DNA from: Tubulanus polymorphus
Lineage: Eukaryota > Animalia > Nemertea
DNA length: 64,000 nucleotides
Direction of reading: 5' to 3'
Assembly: GCF_964204645.1 (NCBI RefSeq)
Contig: NC_134026.1
Span: 10,873,950 to 10,937,949, forward strand
Shown one piece after another: positions 12,613 through 25,739 of this stretch (position 1 is the first letter of the stretch; every line of letters starts with the position of its first letter). The position numbers and the translations under genes were made by a program. The notes under the pieces were generated by a model. The model saw only the letters and a list, made by a program, of their open reading frames with translations, did not search any database and had not been told where the DNA came from.

Positions 12613-13521
12613 CCCTGTACATGGATACATATGTACATAGGACTTATACTTGTATTGCGCTGTACTACATGTATTAAGAAATAACGATATCCGTTCTTCT
12701 TTTTTTGGACCTCACTGTGATAACACACCACACTATATATACTGCATCGATAATCTGCTTAACGATTTGCACTTAGCTTAGTTGTAGTTAAGTTGACTCC
12801 TCCTCATTACTCGGTATACTGCTCAAGTCGGTGAATTTTACAACTATGTTTTTTTTCTCATCACACCTTATAAGCCATGACTAAGGTGGGAGTTTTTTTT
12901 TTCAAAGGAGTTAAACAAAATTGAAACAAAATCGTTTGCCTGCATTTTCCAGACACTGATGTATTGTATATATATCTTGTTTATTTTTATTTGCTATTAA
13001 AGATCATAGTTTTCTTTGGAAATATATAAGCCTACCAGAACCTTTTTGAAATAGAAAAACATAAATAGTATTAAGGCTACCGTGTTAGTGGCTTATTAGG
13101 GGTTTCTGTTGTTTCACAGAAAGCCCTATTGCAATTACAACTATCATTTGGACGGATTTCAACATTGGAAAGTCCGTTATAAATTAAGATTTACATGGAC
13201 GCAACGACTATGAGATTATTCTGAGTAATAACGGGTGTTGTAGGTTTGACATTAAGTAGTATCGTTCATTGTAAAAAATTGGGAATAGATTAAAACGATG
13301 TGCTTGTTGTTTGACTGCGGGCGGGCGCTAATTTGAAATAATGTATAATATGCATCTATATACATGTTTATTTTTATGGTTATTTTGCTGATGCGGCCAG
13401 GATTTCAGAAAGTGACGAGAAGCAAGGTGTATGTATTATTTTTGGACATAAGATTTATTTGGTAAAACTAACTATTTCGGTATCCGGTCAGCTCGATGAT
13501 GATGGTTTACTTATACATGTA

Positions 13522-13564
13522 CAGTCAACCCCCGATATACTGCCTGTATATCGGGGGTTGACTA
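13522..13564. repeat. 43-bp near-perfect palindrome made of two pogo-like TIRs
   Basis: TA|CAGTCAACCCCCGATATAC-TGCCT-GTATATCGGGGGTTGACTA|TA. Confidence 0.75.
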
Positions 13565-15391
13565 TATAAAAAGTACTACCGAGAAGGGCGAAATCTTATT
13601 TGAACTAACGCAATCATTGGGTTGTGATTTTCAGTTTGATTTAGATCTTCTCTTTCACATGTGGTTAATTTGTTCTTTCAATTCATCAAAAGCTTATGAA
13701 TGTATTCTAAATGTATAATGAATATAATTTCATTCCTAACTTTGAAATGAAATTTGTATTTGTTGTGTTTCTGTGTTTGGTGTATTGGAGTTCGATCATC
13801 AACACCAACATCGACCGACCCGTTATTTATCCCATTATTTATCCTGAAAGTCTCGGCACTGGGGACTATACCTAGCATTTGCATTTTAGGCGTAGAGGAA
13901 TCCGAAAAGGGCAGTTCTATAGGATATAATTATACATGTATTTGCAAAGAACGCACTAAGAATTTCTAGGGGCCCCCTGCTATACGGCCTTGGCACGACC
14001 AAATATCGTATTGGCGAAACGCAGGCTCGACTGACGGCAAGACGCAGCTCAAACTGAGAAATCCGTCCATCGTATGATAATGCAGTTAACTCCGCTTAAC
14101 TCGTATCTTAGGGGACCGGATTAAGTGAAATGCGATTAGGTGACTTACAATTTCCGACATCCCCAAAGTGGTCATACATTGTTCAACCGTGCCTTGGTGT
14201 TAAACTTATAATGAAGCCTGGATATTTATGACAGAAAATACTCAGTTATTGAAAATAAATTGTATTGTATGTGCTGTATTGAATATTGACAATATAAACC
14301 CTAAAATCGTCGAAAGCATGAAACAGAGAATGACTCCTTTGGTTTGAGTGTCATGTTTTCGGGCGTTAAAGACATCTTTTCAGATAATCCTCATTCCTTA
14401 AGCGCAGTAGGAGAAGACTGTAAGTAAACGTGCGTATGCTACGACTATTTTATTGCAACAAAAAAGAGATTAGTTACAGATGTGTGATGAGAACATAAGC
14501 TGGCGGGTATTAACACATACTAGTAAGTACATGTATATAATCAGGGCCGTCGGAACAGGGGTAAAGCGATCAATCCCTAGTATTTTCATCTATGATGAAC
14601 TTGGATGTTTTTGTTAAAATAAGAATGGTGAAATGATTTTCCAAAATTAGCCAATGAGACAAACAATATTTCTTCGTTAATTTTTGAACACCGTATTTAG
14701 TTATTACGCTAAACTGATGAACTGTTACATGCACATCAATGAACAATATTTTAAGAATATCCTTGTAAGTAATGTACTTCTGGGATAACCAGGCAGTCCC
14801 CTACAACCATCTAATTGCTCGCGACTATAAGACAGACAGACTTAAAGTTAATGAAATTAAAAGCCCAACCGGTGACTTATAGAAGAGTCGCGGGTGTGAA
14901 GTATTATTTTACCAATGCCACAAACGAATGATTGCAATGCAAGTAGGACATGCAAAAAAATCTGCTTAGAATGAAGAAGCTCCTTAAACCTAAATCAAAC
15001 AATACCATTATCAAACAATCTGAAATTAAATTGAAACTGAGACAATCATTTTCGCTATTTTCACGCTTCCTCGCATTGAATAAAATGAAGTGAGCCTTTC
15101 GCTATTATTGTCACCGTAGAATTTCGATTACCAATATATGAAGGATGAGCATCGGCAGATTTTTGCGTAAATATTAAATGGATGGTCCCTCGCACATTAC
15201 ACAGCAATGCAGGGGAGCGGCTGTATGAACATAAGACGATTCATGCTTTGCCGATGCGGGCGAGCGCATTTGACTTTTTAATTTTTATTCGGGTCTTTTT
15301 GTGACGCGGGTGAAATTAAGGTATATCTTTGTGTGGCCTTACGGAAAATTTAAAAATCATGCCGGCTTCAAATTTGGAGAATATGTAACTA

Positions 15392-16345
15392 CAGGGTGTC
15401 CCATCAATTACTACACATAAAGAACAGCCTGTATCCTCCACATTTCTTAATGAAATGTTTCGATTTTCCACCAAATGATAATGTAACGGTACTTTTTGAT
15501 TATTATCGTGGTTGCTATGGTAATTTGATTAGTGATTTCCTAGCAACCAATTACATTGTTGTAGTGATTTTGTTTAATTCTGATTTAGAATAGATCACTG
15601 TTAAATCATGTATATGTCTCTGAAACAAAAAGCCTAGATGGTATGCTGGTTTTAGGAAACCAAATTTCTGTCAGTCTGAACCATAGATTTTGGTGTTAAG
15701 AATCCCTATTTGATTGCAGAGAAGCCCCTTAATGTCATCAAGTGAGCTGTCTGTTGTCTACGAGGTGTGATCTTTGGATTTGCCATACAATAGGTTATCC
15801 AGTGGCCCCATAATCGGGCCATGCCTTTTTTGACAAAAAAGGAAATGCTGACTATGAATGGAGCCAGCTCTCATAAGATGCTGATTCAGTACTCCATTAC
15901 AAAACTTCATAGATGTCTAGAGGAATTCTCAATCCAGTGTGGTTCCAACAGGATGGTGCGCAATGTCTTTCAGCACACAAAACAATTCATGTTCTGCATA
16001 GGCATTTCGGTGACAGAATCTCAGCGCTCCAAACTGTAAACGACTGGACCGCATTACTCGCCTGACCTAAATCCACTGGATTTTTACTTGTGGGGCTAGC
16101 TGAAGAACACAATGTACCAAAACAAACGATAACTATTCATGATTTAAAGAAACATCTGCAATAACACAGTTGATTGTCAATGTACTGAGCTATTTCAACA
16201 ATAGACTGAATCATGTGATAAAATTGAAATGTTCTCCCATCTAGCATATTTTGTAAACTAATTTGATTTTAGTCCATTAATTTATCTCAAGCAGTTTGAA
16301 AATGACAGGTAGTTCTTTATGTATAGTTATTAATGGGACACCCTG
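15392..16345 (+). mobile_element. Tc1/mariner-superfamily (maT/rosa-like) transposon, internally deleted and decayed
   Basis: TA|CAGGGTGTCCCAT...ATGGGACACCCTG|TA TIRs (~40 bp, imperfect). Transposase relics WFQQDGA (~15939) and YSPDLNPLDFYLWG*LK (~16054-16105). Confidence 0.88.
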
Positions 16346-18832
16346 TACTATGTCTTTTAACCTCCGTGAAGAGATGCTCCAATCACAATTTTCCTATACA
16401 GAGTGTTTCAAAATACCAAGACTTCAGAAAATGGACTATAACTTCGGTTGCAGTCAAATAAAGCCAAATTTTATTGAGATTGAAGAGGGACTGTTCTGAA
16501 GCTATCGACAAAAATGTATTTGATGCGAGACGAATAAGTGGGAAGAAACAGAGCGTGACTTAACTCAGTCAAATTTACTTGCGCAAAGCTGACTGACAGA
16601 ATAGATGATTAACAGAAACAACAGGATACATAATTGATTTATTACACATTTTGCATCATCAACCTATTCATATGAACTCAAAATACTTTGTTGGCAACGT
16701 TGCTACTTAGATTTCAGTTGGTCACTCTCAGATTTTATTTCAAAGATATCATTAGCAGTGCAATTCCATGGTATCCTCTTATTGGGAAAACGAAGTTATA
16801 CCTAGTTGCAAGAATTAAGATGATTTACAAAACTTCTCAGAACTTCTCAAAGTCGGATTCGCTAAAAGAAAACAAGGAAATGATTACATTCTTATGATAC
16901 ATTGATATTATGTTATTATTGACATTTGTGGATTAAAGAACTTTTATCCCAAAGTCAAATCTGAAAAACCAATGATTGAACTGCCATCTAATGATTTTAG
17001 GACGACCGGTACGTAGTAGGCCTGTTATCGTGAAATCCGTCGCGTTAAACGATTACGTCCAGTTAACGCCACGTACGCGTCTGAAACTTCTTCGCTTAAA
17101 TATGAAACATAGAGTTCGTATATGGTGAATTTTTGAGACTTGGTGATTGAATATTGCCGAAATAAAAAAATTGAAACTCTAAAGTAGCGCCGCCCTGTCT
17201 AGAAGTAAATCTGTATTAATCCGCGCTTAAAATAGTGCCACACATACATTTTTGAAATGGCACTTTACAACCCTATGTTCACCATAAAATTGAAAATTTG
17301 CAACAACATTTTTGGGATCGGTTGGTACCCTAATTATTAACATTTTTCCATTATTAACCAATGTTGTAGAATCGCAACACAAAAGTAGTTCTTTTAAGCC
17401 CCAAGAGATGACAGCACCTTACAATACCTTCAACTGGTTGGCATTGCACAATCAATGCCTCCAAGACTTAAATATGTCAAGAACTTGTTGTTTCCTTGAA
17501 AAGTTCAGATGTTATAATATTGAAATATAAAGCCTAAAGAGTGCATATATCTATCGAGTTCATTTATTTTACATTTGGAAATCTGTAATTTGGTCCATGA
17601 GTTTTAGTGTGCAAAACAACATTGGTTGACTGGGGTAAAATGACATTTGGACAAATATCTTTTTAATTGACGTTTCCCCCTTTAAATCTATTTCTATTGA
17701 TTTTAGCATTTTTATCCTTGCATTCAGTTGCTGAAGCAATGATCGATGCTGGTAAGAAATCTCATGTTGGTTACCCTTTTCTTGAAGCCCAATAATCCCC
17801 TCCAGCCACGAATAAACATTGGTCTGTTATAAACCTATTATCTCGATGATGTTAGATGTGATTTCTTAGATCATTAGTCGACAATATCGAGATTCACCAG
17901 AGGTAGACTATGCCCATGTGGTTATGCCGGAAATTGTTGTTCAAAATGCGATGTATACCTGTAGTCAGCCAGCCAACCTTAAAAAACTATCCTAAAATTC
18001 GACGATCACGGCATTTTTTGTTACAGCTTGGCATCTGGGCTCATTTGATAGCAGAGTATGTGGGCTATCATGTGTGGTGGATGCCTTTTACAATTTTTTC
18101 GTTTTTTGGCCTACAGGGGGCGTTAAAGTCAGACATTTTGAAACTTAAACATCTTCATTTTCATTCGGCAAGGAAATACACTTTAAACTACTTTTGCTAA
18201 ATAATTCGAATATCTCATCTTGGGTTTGGAGTAATTTTACAATCTACTGTGTTAGAAGACTAAAACAAACTATTTTGTAAGTTTCCATTAGGAGAAACTG
18301 TTCTTTGAAATCAGAGGCATAAATCTGAAAATATATTCTTGTCAAGTGTATGGAAACTTTCCATGTTTTACCAATGTTGCGAATTTGGAACATTTCAAAA
18401 AACTATGTCAAACAGAGGCAACAATTAAGATAACTATCATTACTATTAGTATCTTAACACGTTAAGAAAATGAGTAATTTTTTGCCCACTAGAAATGTGC
18501 TTGGTTAACAAACGGTCATATAGGCGCCTATTCTCTGCTTTAGTTGTTTATTTCTGTATATCGGGAAGTTTATTTTGTCGCTTATCGTCCGAAAGTTCGG
18601 TATTTTCTTGGTGTGTGTGACAGCCGATTTTTTACACATTTGGTGATTTTGACTCGGCAAGTATACGTGTCCCATCGATTCAACACAGCAGCTAATGTCG
18701 AATCGATACTCAGCGTTCACGTGCGCCCAAGTCTAGTACACGCACAGTATAGTTTTTACAGATCGCAGCACGTCGAGCAACGCTGTAAACTTTCACTGTT
18801 ACTAAGTAAAATGATTACCGGTAATAGTCAGT

Positions 18833-21800
18833 AGGGTTTCTGCTGCTTTCGCAGAAACCCTCCTGTAATTCTGTTGATTATTATCATTATTATAAATTTT
18901 CCACTTTCCAGCCAAAATTTTTTCATGAAATGTAACAGCTTATAAACGTAATTTTCATTTCTGTCAGAAATATAACTCAGTGCCTGACCATTTCGAATTT
19001 GCGTATAGTAATTTATTACGAATTAATCCCGTGTATTTACCGGGTCTAAACAGCGACAAGAATAACGCAAAGGATTGTCATCCGGAGATAAAAGTACATC
19101 CCGAAAAGCCTACAAATTACCGGACGACCTCGAGCGTCAAACTCAACCGTAAATCGCGAATTCAGGCTCATAATTAGTCCGGATCCGTCATTTACTGCGG
19201 ACAATATGCAGCCAACATGGCGGATGGTTGAAATCATTTCAGCTTAAATTTATCGCAAATTCATTGCGAGTTTTAGGACTTTAATGAACTATGATCCCTA
19301 AAATGAGTCAATTGATTAATTCTATTAGTAAATCAATTTACGTTGGCTACATTTCCTGAAGATTTCTGGCTCAAATCAACGTAATATGGACAGGAATGGT
19401 AGGGATCTTCCTATGGAATTTTACTTCCGCGTTCACTTGACGACTCGGATCGACGACAACGACAGCAGAGTTTATGCAATTTAAGGTGAGAATCCACTAA
19501 CCAGGGAATGTTAGACATGATTTCTTGGTCTAACTGCAGTTGAGGTTACCTTTCCACTGGGTGGTGCTATGATATGAGTACATATGATAGCAAATGAGTA
19601 CTCTGCAAAGCAATCATCATTGTTGGCTACCTACTTGCCTAATGCCTAGCTTTTTGTGGGGCTAGAATAGATGTAGGCCCGTAATGTAGTGTGTAGAGCC
19701 ATTGGAAAGCCTTAGTAGTTAGTAAGGGACTGGTTTACACTTGTGTATTCGACTATTTATTTCGATTACTTTCTTTCCAGCTATTAATCGTGGAATGAAC
19801 TGTTCACTGCAGTCTTCAATTCTTTTGCCGATTCTTGCAGCTGGTGGGAATATATTTAAACCACAGTGTGCAAGTGTACGTTTCAAATTAAGCGTCTCAG
19901 ATGCTGTAAGTACTTGACGTTTTTGTGTAATTGTTTTTTTTTCTAATGTCATGTTTAAAATATTAGATCAGTAATCTGTCGTGCTAGTGTACATGCAGAA
20001 TTTGATTCATTGTTATTATGGGATGATAATTCACGAGCATCAAGAGTCCTACGATATACCCTAGATATGAAGCTTTTAAAAGTTTTTCAGAGACTTGTTT
20101 TGGAGTAAACCGAATAATCCTTAAAATACCAATTCCACATGGCTTAACGGTCGGTGTCTATGCTCTGCGAGACAGTAGTAATAGATGTTTCACGACAAAC
20201 GCACGATTTAAATATTTATTATACTTTCTTTCACTCCTCTATTATATTACATAACTGAGTAATTCTTACATTAGATTGCTTAATTACAGGTGGAAAGAGG
20301 TCAGATGGCATGAAAATCGACTGTGGCTGACTAATTGACGCGCGCAGATAAAGCGTTGAGGTTTCAAAAGATGTAGCCAAAATGCTTGTATCATCAGGGG
20401 TAGTCGAATTATCCGAAGATAAATGAAAACTCCACCTTGTTGATCGTCAGTTGATTTAGCTGTAATTATTTCGTCTGGATCAATCGACACATAATTCATT
20501 TCTAAATATGTGTTCAGTAGAATTTCTTTCAATACAATAAGAATCTATTTGACTAATTTTTAGGCCAGCCGTAGGCTGAGCCTATTACTATACAAATGGA
20601 GCGAATTTAAATGACATGGTTTCCACACAAAAGGCTCTTTTGCTTGCCAAGTGAGGGCATATTCGAACAAATCACGTATTTAAGCGTAATCCATTCTCGG
20701 AATCGTAGCGAGCAGAATTTTGAAATAGGGTCTCATAAAAATGTTTTCTGCATTTTTCACGAAAGTTAAATCGGGAAAATTTCAATTTTTATCAGCCAAT
20801 CAGGAAGTTGTGTCTTCCGTGTGATTGGTTTATCTGAAAATATCAGCAGCTGTTCACGTGAATTATCGCGATTTCATTACTGGCGCTTTTGCGCATGACG
20901 TCATGTATCAACACGCGACAATACTTCCGCGTTCGCTACGTGTTCGCTGATTGGCCCATTTACTGGGAAATTCCACAGAAGCCTAATGTGGTTTGTTACA
21001 AGCGCTGTGATTGGCCCGACCCGATTCTGGCATGGCTTTAGCTTAGTGGGTTCGAATCCCTTGACGGGTGAAGATGATGGATCCTATCAATATCTATTGA
21101 AACAAATAAGTTTCCCGGTTGGGCAGCCGCGGATATCTACCGGAAGTGTTCCGGTTCGATATTTCGAGGTTTCTTTGAATTTTGGAGTGATATTGAAATC
21201 CGGTAAATACGGCAGCGGTAGATTGTGAAAACCCATTGCATGATATTTGTATTACTTAATCAACGAAAAGCGTCGGGGCCGCGCCAGGAGTTTTCGTGAT
21301 TCAAGTAGCGCAATAGCCTACTTCTTCGTGTTCTTCCACCTCAATTTTCACTCCGCCGATTTCTGACACGGCTCTGTCCCCGTCGGCGCTGTGATTGCAC
21401 TTTCGTACCACCAAAATTTTTTATTTCTATATCAGGGAGGTCTGGAGAATAAAAAAGTCAAAATTTGGATATCACATAGGCCTGATTTCATCGAATAAGT
21501 CGACCATGGTCGTTACGTTTCCGTACTTATTACCACCTAAAACCGTCTGAACAATTTTGTCACAACCAACATTTCGTTTACAGAAATCAGGTGTTCACGT
21601 GAATCCACGGTATCGTCTACTGTACTGTTTTACTTCCGGGTTTTATTTTAAGATTTAAAATTGTATTTCAAGATCGATTTCTATGAAGTCTTTAGTTGAT
21701 TTGGTGTTTGGGAGGAATTTTTATTTGCTCTACAGAAAATTCATCCTTGACAATTGCGCAAGGTTCGCGAAAAAAAGGTTTTACCAAATCGGGTGTATGA

Positions 21801-23295
21801 CCTTGATATGCTAATTAGCCATGTGCCCGAATTGCAAATTCAATCAAATTTTATTCTGCCAAAAAATGTTAAATACAATTCGCTTTCCGAGAGTTAATGG
21901 TATGCTGCATGGAACAAAGTTGTTTTGAGATGGGTCTTGAAGCTATTGAGGTCGAGAGATAACCATCTAGATAGTTCGTGAGAGTTCCAAAGTTTTGAAG
22001 ACGCTTCAAGGTAATGTCTTGATATTTGTTTTATACGTGTATCTACCCTAGACACATCTTCAGGCCAAAAACTGGCCCTGTCAGATTCAAGATGGCCGAC
22101 TGGCAGCCATTGTTGTTCGCCAAAATCAGCACTTTTTACACATTTTTGAAGTTTTCGAGGGAAATTTTGAAGACACTTTTATCAATAACCTTGATCATTC
22201 GTATATATTTGTATCCCCCGAGGGCCCATCGGCATGAGAAAAATTGAGTCGATCGGACTCAAGATGGCCGTACTGTGACCTTTTTTGTTCCCAAAAATGT
22301 CATTTTTGGCCTGAATTCTGAGTACTCTAGCTTTCTAATGGTGCGCCATGTTTCATTGCAATTTGTAATGGGTATTCTTTGGAAAGGGATCTTTTATATC
22401 CGAGAGGGTATTTTTGACCAGGCAATTATGACGCACTTGGCAGCCATCTTGGGGTCATCAGTACTCATTCGTAGGTGGAAAAAAAGTTTTTCCACATCAT
22501 AATTGATACTTAAGCATATTTTGCTACTATAATCAATTGGAAAGTTGTAGCTCATGACATGTTCTATGATCGAGGTGAGTTTCAAGCTCATTGGTTTTTT
22601 TATGGCCACCAGGGGGCGTTGAACAATACAATAACTTAGTATTTCTATATTACATTCGTTCCTGCTGTCTGTGTTAACACACGATTTTACTATGTAAATG
22701 ATATTGAGCAGGGAGTGTATATTGATAAATATAACCCACAGATTACATCATTTATAAAAAGCAAATCTGACAGGCTGGCCATTGTGCCCCTTGGGGCTCT
22801 TGTTTACGAATGTATTCAGGAGTGAATTTTAATTGATCTCAAAACCAGAGAAAACATTCTTCAAAAATTTAGAAAATCCTAGACTCATAATCAAATTCTG
22901 TGAAGTCATTTAAGGTCTTTTGCTCGATACAAGCCAAGGGCTCAGGTGGCTAAAATTTAATTCATCACTGTCCTATAATGCCGAGTACGACGTAGTTTAC
23001 ACACTGAAAACGTTGCGCTGTGTAAGTGTATTTGGATAAGTCAGCAATATAATGACGGCTCTGCCCCGCGCGCTCCATCTGAGACATAAACAAGTTGGAC
23101 TGTATTGCTTCGATGCTTTGACAAATGGACTCCTAATATCCACGTATCCAGCATATGTTGACCCAGGTTGCGCTTCTTGGCAATAGTCATATGTTATGGG
23201 CTAGAATTATTTCGATGAAATCTTCGTACGCTTCCCAGTTCGACATATGAACCAATTAGGCAGAAACCCGTTATCGCTGCTATGCAGCTATATTT
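18833..23295 (+). mobile_element. Helentron-associated non-autonomous element (HINE/DINE-1-like), probably with nested insertions
   Basis: 5' hairpin AGGGTTTCTGC..GCAGAAACCCT followed by an ATT-rich tract; 3' subTIR GCAGAAACCC, stem-loop GCTGC-TAT-GCAGC and TATATTT at 23260-23295. Pairing of the two ends is inferred. Confidence 0.5.
20870..21078. mobile_element. Partial copy of the 9-bp-TSD MITE at 43881-44207
   Basis: Shares GATTTCATTACTGGCGCT...GACGTCAT...GTGGGTTCGAATCCCTTGACGGGTGAAGATG. Confidence 0.75.
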
Positions 23296-23958
23296 AATTC
23301 TTTTGGACTTTCGCGTCAGCGATCCACTTTAAAGTCCGGCTATGTGTGTTTAGTTTGCAGCACAGTGATCGGAGCGCACATCGATAACATTGATAATAAA
23401 TCACGCAATAATTACGCATCCACATTCTGATTGTTAATTTTATTTGTATAATTTGTGAATATTGTTGTCACGGTACTTTTGTGTTTTTTGTATGGATGCT
23501 AGCATTAAGGGGCCTCTCTAGCTTTGCTAGGCCTGCGTAGATTGTATATATGTATTCATATTGTATTCTATGCAAATAATATATTGAATAGAATTGAATT
23601 AGGTACGGTCCCGTCGGCAATATCGCCTTTTACCAGTAAAATCTAGAACAAGGCTCTGGCCGCATCAACACTATAATTTATTTCAAAAACTCTCTAAAAG
23701 ATCGCCTAAACCAAGAAATCATGCTTCAACAAAACCTTCATATTTGGAGTCTTAAAGGGCAAATGCCATCAAAATTGTACTTTCTGCGATTTCTTAACCA
23801 GAAGAAACTTTAGTATACATATAACGACCTGAGATGTGACTTATTGAAAAAAGGAGCACGAATTAGCCGTATAAGTTAGCGGAATAGTCATCTATTTATC
23901 CTTCACTCTGTGCGTATAGTTCATATTCAACCGGAGGGTGGCGCTATTTATGATGTTA

Positions 23959-24250
23959 ATACTTTAGGTGACGAATCCCATTTTCTGTTTGACTGTACCT
24001 TACTTAATGAACCCGGCAAAAACTATTTGAATTTGAATACCTTTAATACCCTTGATATTCTGAAAAACCCAACGGTCAAATTAGCTAAATTCATTAAGAC
24101 CGGCATTCTCATTCATTCTCTAAATTTTAATCACTTCAGTGTTGTTTTGTAAATATTTGTATATACATGTGTAATAGTTTTCCTCCATATACCATGGAAA
24201 TGGTTGGAGTGTAAATAAAATCGTAATCATTATCGTAATCGTAATCGTAA
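23959..24250 (+). mobile_element. Short 3' LINE fragment inside the MITE
   Basis: LGDESHFLFDC (LINE C-terminal Zn motif), AATAAA and an (ATCGTA)n tail; absent from the MITE copy at ~5695. Confidence 0.75.
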
Positions 24251-24677
24251 ACTATGACTGAATCACAAGCGCGACACATTTCGATAAGGCGATTACCGTA
24301 ATTATTTATGACGGTATCTTTGGAATTTCGGGGTTGAATTAAATCTCGATTTTGACCGATTGAGAAGGATAGATATACGAAAAAGAAAGCTGATGAAAAA
24401 TGATGGCGATTATCATGTCATATACAACGGTAGCAACACTATACAATGGTAAGAGTTTATTAATTCAAATCACTCTAAAACGATAAAATATCGCATGAAA
24501 TGTCTAGTGAAATGATTGGAAGCCGTGAGCGTTTGTCAGAGATGACGTTAGAAACACGCACCTGCTAAGATAAACAATAACAAATCGCTATTACCGCTAA
24601 TTGCGACACTCCTACTGTACAGACGTACTTTCGGCGCGCTCGTTTCAATCGACCTTTGAACCAGTCTTCAACTCAGT

Positions 24678-25691
24678 ATGGCTTTACACCAGGCGAAAGC
24701 ATTTAAATACGATAATTCGATGGCTCAGGATTTCGAAAATTTCTTACTGATCCCTAAGATTAGGGTACAGTATAACAAACTTGATACTTCACAAATCTGT
24801 GAAATTCTGGCGACTGACGATACAGCTCGGCAGTGCGTTGAAAAAGTGATCGATTTCAACGCTTATAACGTAGGAGTATTCTGTGGTTCCCCGGAGAAGT
24901 ACGAAATTCTAAAAAAACACAGGATTACATTCAGAGGAGCAACGATAAATTTCCGATCGGCACTTGAAACACCAACCATTGTCAGAATCGAGGGTATTCC
25001 GGCGATCTGCCCTCATGAAGCGGTAGATAAGATGATCCGGCCATATGGAAACATTCTTACGGGATCCTATCACCCGACGATAGGAAAAACAACTTTCCAG
25101 AACGGGGAGAAACGCGTACTGGAGGTGGCAATTACATCGCCAATCCCGAGAAACATTACTGTGGATTCCAAACGTTATGGTTTACTCCTTGTACGGGTCT
25201 GTTATAACGGACAGCCCGAACATTGCGCTATATGCGGACAATTTAACCATACCTGGGTTGAGTGCAATGTTACATGTACCCACACAACCCATACACCAGA
25301 TCGATGCCGTCAACTCCACTTTCGACAGGCTGTTTCTTTACAATCGATGAAAAGAAGAAACCCAACACCAGCAGAGGCAACGGAGGAGAAGGATGAAGCG
25401 ACGACAGAAGTGGATGTTGTCACTGAGGAGTCGAGGAAGAGGCCACCCTCCCCAACTGAACTGGTACAAACTCCGAAAAAATCACAAAAATCAAAGCCGC
25501 CCTCGGAAGGAGAAAGCTCACCAATACAGAAGCCAACAGAAAACGAACACGAAGAAAGTGACACGGACGATACGTGCGAAGTTGCTGCAAAAACAACAAA
25601 ACCAAGCACTGCGCCACCAGCACCAGTCCGAATGCAGAAAAGGAATCAAACAAAGAATGGAACTAAATCAAAGACCAAAAAAACTACTTAA
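24678..25691 (+). CDS. Tx1/L1 ORF1, gag-like zinc-knuckle RNA-binding protein (337 aa)
   Basis: Open frame; VRVCYNGQP followed by CAICGQFNHTWVEC (CCHC), and a low-complexity C-terminus. Confidence 0.88.
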   Translation: MALHQAKAFKYDNSMAQDFENFLLIPKIRVQYNKLDTSQICEILATDDTARQCVEKVIDFNAYNVGVFCGSPEKYEILKKHRITFRGATINFRSALETPTIVRIEGIPAICPHEAVDKMIRPYGNILTGSYHPTIGKTTFQNGEKRVLEVAITSPIPRNITVDSKRYGLLLVRVCYNGQPEHCAICGQFNHTWVECNVTCTHTTHTPDRCRQLHFRQAVSLQSMKRRNPTPAEATEEKDEATTEVDVVTEESRKRPPSPTELVQTPKKSQKSKPPSEGESSPIQKPTENEHEESDTDDTCEVAAKTTKPSTAPPAPVRMQKRNQTKNGTKSKTKKTT

Positions 25692-25739
25692 GGTGAGGTA
25701 TTCATAACGTTTTACTAATGTAGGCAAATGAGATATAAA

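Noticed and set aside
16397-16500. TA|CAGAGTGTTTCAAAA as the start of another Tc1-like element (similar lone ends at ~9958 and ~14084)
   Set aside because: No matching second TIR was found, so boundaries cannot be supported.
9441-22609. Numerous 60-100 aa ORFs in AT-rich DNA
   Set aside because: No recognisable motifs, often non-ATG starts, many overlapping repeats; consistent with chance. Small spliced exons cannot be excluded by eye.
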